32,000 nucleotides of DNA, taken from Gemmata obscuriglobus (GTDB lineage: Bacteria > Planctomycetota > Planctomycetia > Gemmatales > Gemmataceae). Where the stretch lies: contig NZ_CP042911.1 in the NCBI RefSeq assembly GCF_008065095.1, positions 5,160,001 through 5,192,000 on the forward strand. The letters run 5' to 3'. Position numbers and translations under genes: made by a program. Shown one piece after another: positions 23,817 through 30,992 of the stretch. Every line of letters starts with the position of its first letter. The stretch's first letter is position 1. The notes under the pieces are model-generated. The model saw only the letters and a list, made by a program, of their open reading frames with translations. It did no database searches and was not told the DNA's origin.

Positions 23817-23907
23817 GCCGAACATAAAGCTCACCTGCACCGCCATCACCGGATGAGCGGTGCGCCCCGAATCAGCGGGCGGTGTCAGGTGCAGCGCCGG
23901 GTTCGGC
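23817..23907 (-). repeat. attC-like site, class A
   Basis: Class A palindrome: gccgaac..cacctgcaccgcc|loop|ggcggtgTcaggtg..gttcggc. Confidence 0.8.
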
Positions 23908-24008
23908 CCTCGCGCCGGGACCGCGGACGCCGCGACCCACCGGCGGAGCGGCGCGACCAGCTCGGCGCGATGGCCCGCACCACCCACGCAGAACGGCGGA
24001 GCGGCACC

Positions 24009-24100
24009 GCCGAACGACCTAACTCACCTACCGTGGGGTGAGCGACACGGTAAGGAAGCCACACACTCAAAAGCGGCCCGGTGCAGCGCGTGGGACTTAC
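24009..24100 (-). repeat. decayed attC-like site
   Basis: A 92-nt stretch, gccgaac-gacct-aactcaccta...ggtgagcg...cggcccggtgcagcgcgtgggacttac. It keeps the 5' box, part of the arms and ggtgcagcgc, but the inner stem and the gttcggc box are lost. It sits exactly at the stop codon of CDS 24097..24405. Confidence 0.5.
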
Positions 24101-24405
24101 CGCCAAGCCAGCGGAAGCCAGCAGCCGAGTGCTAAAAGGGCTGCGAATCCGACCAAACCCCACTCGAACGCCGCCTCGGCCCAGCCCATCCGCGCTGCCC
24201 CCGGCCCCGGGGCGCGCAGCCAAGCGTGCCTCACTACCCAGGCTCCTGTGACCAGGATCGCGGCCGGGGCCGCCACACGCTGCCACGGTTCGTGCTCCGG
24301 GGAGAGCCACACATGCACCCCACCGGCCAACCCTATCAGCCACATCAGCAGCACCCCGGCGCGCAGCGCCCAACATTGACCCGGGGAGAGTTCCCGCTCC
24401 GCCAT
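24097..24405 (-). CDS. small membrane protein cassette (102 aa)
   Basis: ATG 24405 lies 8 nt after GGAG and 40 nt after attC 24445-24535. Hydrophobic segments are GVLLMWLIGLAGGVHVW and WGLVGFAALLALGCWLPL. The TAA stop overlaps the decayed attC 24009-24100. Confidence 0.55.
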   Translation of the reverse strand: MAERELSPGQCWALRAGVLLMWLIGLAGGVHVWLSPEHEPWQRVAAPAAILVTGAWVVRHAWLRAPGPGAARMGWAEAAFEWGLVGFAALLALGCWLPLAWR

Positions 24406-24444
24406 CACCGAGACTCCACGGAACTCCAATGCCGGGCTTCTTCC

Positions 24445-24535
24445 GCCGAACATAAAGCTCACCTGCACCGCCATCACCCGATGAGCGATGCGTCCCGAAT
24501 CAGATGGCGGTGTCAGGTGCAGCGCCGGGTTCGGC
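24445..24535 (-). repeat. attC-like site, class A
   Basis: Class A palindrome: gccgaac..cacctgcaccgcc|loop|ggcggtgTcaggtg..gttcggc. Confidence 0.8.
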
Positions 24536-24541
24536 GTGCCT

Positions 24542-25033
24542 TTACTCGGGCGGATGGCTGACCAGCTCGCGAAGTAGCGCCGCCTGTGCCGCCAACTCCG
24601 CAACCCGTGCTGCCTCGAACGCCTCGTCGTACCGCTCCGCATTGGCCTCGCCCGCGGCACATCCGACGGCCGATGCCGCGCAGGATGTGGCGGCCAGCAC
24701 GTTGGATGCCGAGCGGGGCCAGACCGACGACGCATCGACGGCGGCCGATGCCGCATACCCGCGAGCGTCCGGGGCCGAGTGACCGGGGAACGCTTCCTGG
24801 GCCTCGCCGCCCGCGACGGCAACTGCGGACGCCAACTCCGACACGCCGATACGCCCCGCCGCGAACCGCTCAGACGCGTCGACAGCGGCTCGGCAGCCTG
24901 GCGGGAGCAAGTGCCAGGCGCGGCGGACACACCCCGCCGCAAATAGCCGCAGTTCGCGCTGGTAGCGGTCGGCAGGCATCGCCCGTACCATCGCATCGGG
25001 ATCGAGACACGCCCACCAGTCTGAGGCTGTCAC
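24542..25033 (-). CDS. hypothetical alpha-helical cassette protein (163 aa), W-x-C-x-DP...RELRLFAAGCVRRAWHLL type
   Basis: GTG 25033 follows CGAGGG, 21 nt after attC 25054-25143. The N-terminal pattern ASDWWACLDPDAMVRAM..RELRLFAAGCVRRAWHLLPPGCRAAVDASERFAAG is common in planctomycete proteins. It has its own stop. Confidence 0.7.
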   Translation of the reverse strand: MTASDWWACLDPDAMVRAMPADRYQRELRLFAAGCVRRAWHLLPPGCRAAVDASERFAAGRIGVSELASAVAVAGGEAQEAFPGHSAPDARGYAASAAVDASSVWPRSASNVLAATSCAASAVGCAAGEANAERYDEAFEAARVAELAAQAALLRELVSHPPE

Positions 25034-25053
25034 CGCCGAAAAGCCCTCGGGTT

Positions 25054-25143
25054 GCCGAACATACAGCTCACCTGCACCGCCAGGATACAGTGAGCACCAC
25101 AACGGCGGCAGATGGCGGTGTCAGGTGCAGCGCCGGGTTCGGC
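25054..25143 (-). repeat. attC-like site, class A (minor loop type)
   Basis: Class A stems with the minor loop (aggatacagtgagcaccacaacggcggcagat). Identical to 25502-25591. Confidence 0.8.
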
Positions 25144-25501
25144 TCGCTCGCCTCCGCGGTTCCGAGCGACACGTCCAGCGCCGCGCATCCGCGGAGCCCG
25201 GGCCACCGGTGCGGCCGAGCGGAGCAGCACCGACCCGACGCGCCGTGCGCGGCCCATCGGAGGCCGGCCACCACCGCACCTCGCGGCGACGAGCCGCGCC
25301 CGCCCTGACGCGCGCCCCGCGGAGCACCACCGACCCGGACCGCCGTGTCCCCACCCGCCGACGGCCACGCCCAACCGCACCGCGCGGCGGCGAGCCGCGC
25401 CACACACCCACGGGCGCCACGCGGAGCGCCACACCACCGCCGGACGCCCCGCGGACCACACGCCCAGCTCTGCCGCACGCGCCCTCATGCACGCGATGGT
25501 A
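25144..25501 (-). repeat. ORF-less repeat cassette family R (2 units)
   Basis: Identical to 25592-25949. Confidence 0.8.
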
Positions 25502-25591
25502 GCCGAACATACAGCTCACCTGCACCGCCAGGATACAGTGAGCACCACAACGGCGGCAGATGGCGGTGTCAGGTGCAGCGCCGGGTTCGGC
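25502..25591 (-). repeat. attC-like site, class A (minor loop type)
   Basis: Identical to 25054-25143 (tandem duplication). Confidence 0.8.
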
Positions 25592-25949
25592 TCGCTCGCC
25601 TCCGCGGTTCCGAGCGACACGTCCAGCGCCGCGCATCCGCGGAGCCCGGGCCACCGGTGCGGCCGAGCGGAGCAGCACCGACCCGACGCGCCGTGCGCGG
25701 CCCATCGGAGGCCGGCCACCACCGCACCTCGCGGCGACGAGCCGCGCCCGCCCTGACGCGCGCCCCGCGGAGCACCACCGACCCGGACCGCCGTGTCCCC
25801 ACCCGCCGACGGCCACGCCCAACCGCACCGCGCGGCGGCGAGCCGCGCCACACACCCACGGGCGCCACGCGGAGCGCCACACCACCGCCGGACGCCCCGC
25901 GGACCACACGCCCAGCTCTGCCGCACGCGCCCTCATGCACGCGATGGTA
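25592..25949 (-). repeat. ORF-less repeat cassette family R (2 units)
   Basis: Identical to 25144-25501. Confidence 0.8.
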
Positions 25950-26040
25950 GCCGAACGAACAGCTCACCTGCACCGCCATCACACGATGAGCGGTGCGTCA
26001 CAATACAGCGGGCGGTGTCAGGTGCAGCGCCGGGTTCGGC
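25950..26040 (-). repeat. attC-like site, class A
   Basis: Class A palindrome: gccgaac..cacctgcaccgcc|loop|ggcggtgTcaggtg..gttcggc. Confidence 0.8.
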
Positions 26041-26396
26041 TCGCTGCCGTCCGCGGTTCCGGGCGACACGCCGAGCGCCGCGCATCTGCGGATGCCCGCG
26101 GCACCGGTGCGACCGGGCGGAGTGCTACCGACTCGATGCGCCGTGTCCCGGCCCATCGAGGGCCACGCCCACCGCTACACGCGGCGACGAGCCGCGCCCC
26201 TACCCACGGGCACCACGCGGAGCGCCACCGACCCGAACCGCCGTGTCCCCACACACCGCCGGCCACGCCCAACCGCACCTCGCGGCGACGAGCCGCGCCA
26301 GCACCGACCGGCACCACGCGAAGCCCGACACGCGAGACTCACCACCGCGGACCACACGCTCAGCGCCGCCGCACGCGCCCTCATGCCCTCGGGGTT
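26041..26396 (-). repeat. ORF-less repeat cassette family R (2 units)
   Basis: Same architecture. Confidence 0.8.
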
Positions 26397-26486
26397 GCCG
26401 AACATAAAGCTCACCTGCACCGCCATCACCGGATGAGCGGTGCGTCCAAATCAGATGGCGGTGTCAGGTGCAGCGCCGGGTTCGGC
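26397..26486 (-). repeat. attC-like site, class A
   Basis: Class A palindrome, 90 nt. Confidence 0.8.
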
Positions 26487-26750
26487 CTCTGCCGCTCGCA
26501 GGTGGAGGAAACTGCCGTCGGACGCAAGCTCCCGCACCCGCTGCCACACCTCGGCCCCGATGCCGACCAACACCGGCCCGGTGGCCTCCTCGCCCTCGCG
26601 GAACACGGCGACCCGATGGTTGATGGTCGGCCCGACGGCGCACCACGAGGTGCAGTTGTAGTTGGCCCCGCACGCCGGGCACCGCAGCAGGAAGCTGCCG
26701 TGCTGGACGGCGCTAACGAGCGGGCCATTGCATTGGACGCACGGAATCAT
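26451..26750 (-). CDS. zinc-ribbon miniprotein cassette (99 aa including attC tail)
   Basis: ATG 26750 lies 19 nt after attC 26769-26859. It has CVQCNG...CPACG pairs and ends AEPGAAPDTAI in attC 26397-26486. Confidence 0.6.
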   Translation of the reverse strand: MIPCVQCNGPLVSAVQHGSFLLRCPACGANYNCTSWCAVGPTINHRVAVFREGEEATGPVLVGIGAEVWQRVRELASDGSFLHLRAAEAEPGAAPDTAI

Positions 26751-26768
26751 CGCAGCGCCCTTCCGGTG

Positions 26769-26859
26769 GCCGAACGAACAGCTCACCTGCACCGCCATCA
26801 CCGGATGAGCGGTGCGTCCCAAACCCGATGGCGGTGTCAGGTGCAGCGCCGGGTTCGGC
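26769..26859 (-). repeat. attC-like site, class A
   Basis: Class A palindrome: gccgaac..cacctgcaccgcc|loop|ggcggtgTcaggtg..gttcggc. Confidence 0.8.
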
Positions 26860-26861
26860 TT

Positions 26862-27275
26862 CTATCGAGCTGCTGGGAAGTCCGAAAACGAAGCCGTCAC
26901 GAACACCAGCGCGCCGTCCGCGGTTGAGCGGAAGCCCAGCAGCATCGTACCCGTTGGCGTGTCAATTACGCCCAGGTGGTACACCAGTTCCTCGGAAAGC
27001 AGGTGATAACCACTGGCCCCATTCCGGACGACCGACACACGGTACCCACCGACCAGAGCCGGCTGATGTCGGAGGAGCCAATCGACTGTTCCCGCGTCCC
27101 CGCGGAGCAGCGGCTCGACGGCCAGCGCGGTGCGATCGGACGCGACAACCGCAGCGGCCACGCGCTCTGTTGCCGCGATGGCTTCAGGTGGGGCGGCGGA
27201 GCGCTGACGAACCGCCACGACGGCCACGACCGAGAGGGTGGTGGCAACCGCCAGGACCGCGACGCGGGATCGCAT
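26862..27275 (-). CDS. signal-anchored/secreted cassette protein (137 aa)
   Basis: ATG 27275 lies 7 nt after AGAGGG and 19 nt after variant attC 27294-27384. The N-terminus is MRSRVAVLAVATTLSVVAVVAV. Its own TAG is 2 nt before attC 26769-26859. Confidence 0.6.
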   Translation of the reverse strand: MRSRVAVLAVATTLSVVAVVAVRQRSAAPPEAIAATERVAAAVVASDRTALAVEPLLRGDAGTVDWLLRHQPALVGGYRVSVVRNGASGYHLLSEELVYHLGVIDTPTGTMLLGFRSTADGALVFVTASFSDFPAAR

Positions 27276-27293
27276 TCTTGCGCCCTCTGGGTT

Positions 27294-27384
27294 GCCGAAC
27301 ATAAAGCTCACCGGCCGCGGGACCACGCGACACGGTCGGGAAAGTACGTATTTGACCGCGGTCCGGTGCAGCGCCGGGTTCGGC
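27294..27384 (-). repeat. attC-like site, class A with covarying inner stems
   Basis: gccgaac-ataa-agctcaccgg-ccgcgg / loop / ccgcgg-T-ccggtg-C-agcgccgg-gttcggc. Both inner stems are replaced by compensatory sequences, while the boxes and both bulged bases are kept. Confidence 0.75.
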
Positions 27385-27511
27385 TTCTTCGCTCACCGTC
27401 GCGCATCTGCGTAGCCCGCGCCCGCATGGCGCATCCGCAGCGACCGCGCCCACCGCCGCGCATCCGCGGAGCGGGACCGGCACGCCGGTGTGAGTCCCCG
27501 GCCATAATAAC

Positions 27512-27778
27512 TCAGCCGCTCGGAGCAGCGAATGCACAGGTCCCACCCACCCTGACCTCGGCCACATCCGTGAGCGCGAAGTTCATGAACGCCCCAACCG
27601 GGATGGAACCCGCCGCGACAGTCAGGATCTCGGCAATGACATCGCCGCCGGCATCCGCGTGAGCCGTCGAGATGACCCGCACCCCATACGCCTCGCCGTC
27701 GTAGAAGCGGATCACTGCATCCGCGGATGAGCGATCTAACTCGTGCAGGAGAGATAAGAGGTTGCCGTCTATCGCCAC
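27512..27778 (-). CDS. hypothetical cassette protein (88 aa)
   Basis: ORF track 27512..27778. GTG lies 7 nt after GGAGG. Its own stop is followed by a 127-nt non-coding tail (27385-27511) that resembles the R-cassette tail. Confidence 0.55.
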   Translation of the reverse strand: MAIDGNLLSLLHELDRSSADAVIRFYDGEAYGVRVISTAHADAGGDVIAEILTVAAGSIPVGAFMNFALTDVAEVRVGGTCAFAAPSG

Positions 27779-27803
27779 CTTCGCGCCTCCGTCTCCTTCT
27801 GCC

Positions 27804-27894
27804 GCCGAACATAAAGCTCACCTGCACCGCCATCACCGGATGAGCGGTGCGCCCCCAATCAGCCGGCGGTGTCAGGTGCAGCGCCGGGTTCGGC
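27804..27894 (-). repeat. attC-like site, class A
   Basis: Class A palindrome, differing by 1 nt from 28860-28950. Confidence 0.8.
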
Positions 27895-28302
27895 GTTTGG
27901 GGATAACCCGGCGGCCAGGAACGCGGGGAACGAAGGGGCCATCTCGTGGATGCCGCCAAAGTCGTGATCCTCGACCAGCACTCGCCCGGACGAGAGCTCG
28001 ATGCCGAACGGGTTGCCGCCGCCATCCCAACCGATGATGAACACTCCTCGCATGTGCCAGAACTCGTTGTCCGCTCGGAACTGGCGGTGCGAATCGGCCA
28101 ACTCGGGCAGCCCGTCGATCCACTCGCCGTCACCGCCCACGCGCCCGCCGCACACCGTCAGGTACTCGCGGAACGCTGGCGGGATCGTCCCGAACTCGAC
28201 CTCGAACGCCCGCAGGTCGCCCTCGGCGGCCGGCGGGTGGCGTTCCTCCTCAGGGCAGGCGTGCCACGCCGCGACAAGGAGTTGCCGCAGTCGCTCGTTC
28301 AC
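27859..28302 (-). CDS. SMI1/KNR4 (SUKH-1) family cassette protein (147 aa), copy 1 of 2
   Basis: EGDLRAFEVEFGTIPPAFREYLTVCGG...FIIGWDGGGNPFGIELSSGRVLVEDHDFG is a classic SMI1/KNR4 pattern. GTG 28302 lies 7 nt after AGAGGG, whereas the track start TTG 28308 is too close to the SD. It ends AEPGAAPDTAG in attC 27804-27894. Confidence 0.85.
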   Translation of the reverse strand: MNERLRQLLVAAWHACPEEERHPPAAEGDLRAFEVEFGTIPPAFREYLTVCGGRVGGDGEWIDGLPELADSHRQFRADNEFWHMRGVFIIGWDGGGNPFGIELSSGRVLVEDHDFGGIHEMAPSFPAFLAAGLSPNAEPGAAPDTAG

Positions 28303-28318
28303 ATGCAAGCCCTCTGTG

Positions 28319-28409
28319 GCCGAACATAAAGCTCACCTGCACCGCCATCATCGGACAAGCGATGCGTTCCAGATCAGCGGGCGGTGTCAGGTGCAGCGCC
28401 GGGTTCGGC
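28319..28409 (-). repeat. attC-like site, class A
   Basis: Class A palindrome: gccgaac..cacctgcaccgcc|loop|ggcggtgTcaggtg..gttcggc. Confidence 0.8.
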
Positions 28410-28439
28410 TTGCCTTCGGGCACTGTGACTCCGTAAGCA

Positions 28440-28808
28440 TCAAGTGGAACCGGACAACTCGGCGTGGGTCAGCACCCACGGGCACTCCATGCTCGCGTCG
28501 TGACGGAGCGTGAGCCGGTATGGGCCGCCGGGCAACGTGTCGCTCTCGGTCGTGCGCTCGGCGGTTGCGACCACGAAGCCGTCGCCGACTTCGACGACGC
28601 GCCCCGTGAGGATGGCCCATCCCCCGTCCTCTGTCCACACCTGCACCTTGACGCGGTGCCGCACGGCCGGCGGTTCGCCTGGCAGTAGCCACTCGCCGCG
28701 CTGCTCGGGGCGCACTTGGAGGATGTGGGCGACGAGGTCGTCCCTATGGAACCCCTCGACGATTCCGCACGCCATCGTTGGGGGTGGGTCGGCATCAACG
28801 TCGCTCAT
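28440..28808 (-). CDS. hypothetical cassette protein (122 aa)
   Basis: ORF track 28440..28808. ATG follows TGAGG, with a 51-nt leader after attC 28860-28950. It has its own stop. Confidence 0.65.
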   Translation of the reverse strand: MSDVDADPPPTMACGIVEGFHRDDLVAHILQVRPEQRGEWLLPGEPPAVRHRVKVQVWTEDGGWAILTGRVVEVGDGFVVATAERTTESDTLPGGPYRLTLRHDASMECPWVLTHAELSGST

Positions 28809-28859
28809 GGACGACCTCAGGAAGCGAAATCTGCCGGTTCACTCCCGCAGGCTTCCGCC

Positions 28860-28950
28860 GCCGAACATAAAGCTCACCTGCACCGCCCTCACCGGATGAG
28901 CGGTGCGCCCCCAATCAGCCGGCGGTGTCAGGTGCAGCGCCGGGTTCGGC
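28860..28950 (-). repeat. attC-like site, class A
   Basis: Class A palindrome, differing by 1 nt from 27804-27894. Confidence 0.8.
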
Positions 28951-29358
28951 GTTTGGGGATAACCCGGCGGCCAGGAACGCGGGGAACGAAGGGGCCATCT
29001 CGTGGATGCCGCCAAAGTCGTGATCCTCGACCAGCACTCGCCCGGACGAGAGCTCGATGCCGAACGGGTTGCCGCCGCCATCCCAACCGATGATGAACAC
29101 TCCTCGCATGTGCCAGAACTCGTTGTCCGCTCGGAACTGGCGGTGCGAATCGGCCAACTCGGGCAGCCCGTCGATCCACTCGCCGTCACCGCCCACGCGC
29201 CCGCCGCACACCGTCAGGTACTCGCGGAACGCTGGCGGGATCGTCCCGAACTCGACCTCGAACGCCCGCAGGTCGCCCTCGGCGGCCGGCGGGTGGCGTT
29301 CCTCCTCAGGGCAGGCGTGCCACGCCGCGACAAGGAGTTGCCGCAGTCGCTCGTTCAC
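28915..29358 (-). CDS. SMI1/KNR4 (SUKH-1) family cassette protein (147 aa), copy 2 of 2
   Basis: The protein is identical to 27859..28302, shifted by 1056 nt. It is part of the duplicated attC+cassette block 28860-29374. Confidence 0.85.
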   Translation of the reverse strand: MNERLRQLLVAAWHACPEEERHPPAAEGDLRAFEVEFGTIPPAFREYLTVCGGRVGGDGEWIDGLPELADSHRQFRADNEFWHMRGVFIIGWDGGGNPFGIELSSGRVLVEDHDFGGIHEMAPSFPAFLAAGLSPNAEPGAAPDTAG

Positions 29359-29374
29359 ATGCAAGCCCTCTGTG

Positions 29375-29465
29375 GCCGAACATAAAGCTCACCTGCACCG
29401 CCATCATCGGATGAGCGGCGGGGTCCGAATCACATGGCGGTGTCAGGTGCAGCGCCGGGTTCGGC
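29375..29465 (-). repeat. attC-like site, class A
   Basis: Class A palindrome: gccgaac..cacctgcaccgcc|loop|ggcggtgTcaggtg..gttcggc. Confidence 0.8.
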
Positions 29466-29732
29466 TTCTTGCGGCGCCTCTGCCAGACCGCGCATCTGGT
29501 ATCGACGAGGCCCCTCGACGGTGACCGCGGCCCCGCCTTCGCAGATGACATGCGTGCCGTAGGCCGACTCGACAACCGTCAGCGACGGCACCGCGTCCAA
29601 CCCGACAGCGGTAACGACGCACTCCTCGCCGGGTCGAAGGGCGACGCTGAAGTCGCTTGGGACGACCTCCACTAACCGGTCGGCCCCGCTGTCAGCGTCG
29701 TTGCACACACACAGGCGAACGACGAGGCTCAT
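29430..29732 (-). CDS. hypothetical cassette protein (100 aa including attC tail)
   Basis: ATG 29732 lies 9 nt after AGAGGG and 19 nt after attC 29751-29841. It is in frame with track ORF 29430..29858 and ends AEPGAAPDTAM in attC 29375-29465. Confidence 0.6.
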   Translation of the reverse strand: MSLVVRLCVCNDADSGADRLVEVVPSDFSVALRPGEECVVTAVGLDAVPSLTVVESAYGTHVICEGGAAVTVEGPRRYQMRGLAEAPQEAEPGAAPDTAM

Positions 29733-29750
29733 CCGATGCGTCCCTCTGGT

Positions 29751-29841
29751 GCCGAACATAAAGCTCACCTGCACCGCCATCACACGATGAGCAGTGCGTC
29801 CCAAATCAGCGGGCGGTGTCAGGTGCAGCGCCGGGTTCGGC
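29751..29841 (-). repeat. attC-like site, class A
   Basis: Class A palindrome: gccgaac..cacctgcaccgcc|loop|ggcggtgTcaggtg..gttcggc. Confidence 0.8.
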
Positions 29842-30249
29842 GTCTGGGGCGCCGCCAACCACCTGCCGCCGGTACGCCTGCCACGCCGTGTAAGCCGCCC
29901 CCAACTCCGAAGGCTCGAAGAACCCGCTGTCGGTGCCAGGGGCGAGTGCCCTCAGCCGCAACTCGCGGAGTATGTCGGCGATGACAAACCGCGCCTCCTC
30001 GGCGCCGCGAACGTGGAAGGCGAAGCTGTCCAGTACTTCCGCGGGGCCGATGTTGACCTCGATGCTGAACCCCGGCCCGTCGATCACGCCCCACGTCGGG
30101 TCGGCGAAGTTGGTCGCCGGTACCGCTCGGAGGATGCCGGCCACGATGTCCGCTCGCCGGCCGATGGGCTGTGGGGCGAAGTCGTCCGGGATCTCCGCCA
30201 CCGTGCGGGTGTCGAGCGGCAGGTCTTGGACAAACACGTCGAAGCTCAC
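29806..30249 (-). CDS. hypothetical cassette protein (147 aa including attC tail)
   Basis: ORF track 29806..30249. GTG follows GGAGGG, 14 nt after class C attC 30263-30352. It ends AEPGAAPDTAR in attC 29751-29841. Confidence 0.7.
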   Translation of the reverse strand: MSFDVFVQDLPLDTRTVAEIPDDFAPQPIGRRADIVAGILRAVPATNFADPTWGVIDGPGFSIEVNIGPAEVLDSFAFHVRGAEEARFVIADILRELRLRALAPGTDSGFFEPSELGAAYTAWQAYRRQVVGGAPDAEPGAAPDTAR

Positions 30250-30262
30250 CGCGCCCTCCGCC

Positions 30263-30409
30263 GCCGCATGTGGAGCTCACCTGCTCGCGCGCCCTGGAGG
30301 GGGCGATCCCCGAGTTCTGCATGCGCGAGTCTGGTGCAGCGGAGGGTTCGGCCCCGCGCCCCACCACGCCGAACATGGGCTGCCCGTGAAGGTGAGCTCC
30401 ACATTCGGC
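30263..30409 (-). repeat. attC-like site, class C composite (147 nt) with mutated R' box
   Basis: Duplicate of 18259-18405 (offset 12004). Confidence 0.65.
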
Positions 30410-30548
30410 CCCGCTCATGCAGCCCGGCAGATGAGCTACACCGATCCGCTCGCGCCTCGGGGGTGGGCGCGGGTCGGGCCAGCCACTTGGGATGGGGGGC
30501 TGGCTACCCTATCGACATCGCGCCCACCCCCGTGGGTCTCGGCGCGGG
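30410..30548 (-). repeat. ORF-less structured cassette T, copy 2 of 2
   Basis: Duplicate of 18406-18544. Confidence 0.65.
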
Positions 30549-30639
30549 GCCGAACAATGAGCTCACCTGCACCGCCATCACCGGATGAGCGGTGCGTCCC
30601 AAGTCCGATGGCGGTGTCAGGTGCAGCGCTGGGTTCGGC
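30549..30639 (-). repeat. attC-like site, class A
   Basis: Class A palindrome with a variant 3' spacer (cagcgctgggttcggc). Confidence 0.8.
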
Positions 30640-30895
30640 TCGATGCCCTCGGCGTTTCCGGGTTGCACGCCGAGCGCCGCGCCTCCGCGGAGCCCGCGGC
30701 ACCGGTGCGTGCGGGCGGAGCATCACCGCCTCGATGCGCCGTGTCGCGGCCCACCGAGGGCCACCCACCACTGCACCTCGCGGCGATGAGCCGCGCCAGC
30801 ACCGACCGGCACCAGGCGGAGCCCGACACACGGGTTTCACCACCGCGGGCCACACGCCTACTGCCGCCGCACGCGCGCTCCTGCGACCTCGGGTT
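30640..30895 (-). repeat. ORF-less repeat cassette family R (1 unit)
   Basis: A single unit, 256 nt in total. Confidence 0.8.
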
Positions 30896-30985
30896 GCCGA
30901 ACAAATAGCTCACCTGCACCGCCCGTCCCGATGAGCGATGCGTCCCAAGTCAGACGGCGGTGTCAGGTGCAGCGCCGGGTTCGGC
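30896..30985 (-). repeat. attC-like site, class A
   Basis: Class A palindrome, 90 nt, with a loop related to 21811-21900. Confidence 0.8.
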
Positions 30986-30992
30986 GTCCGGG

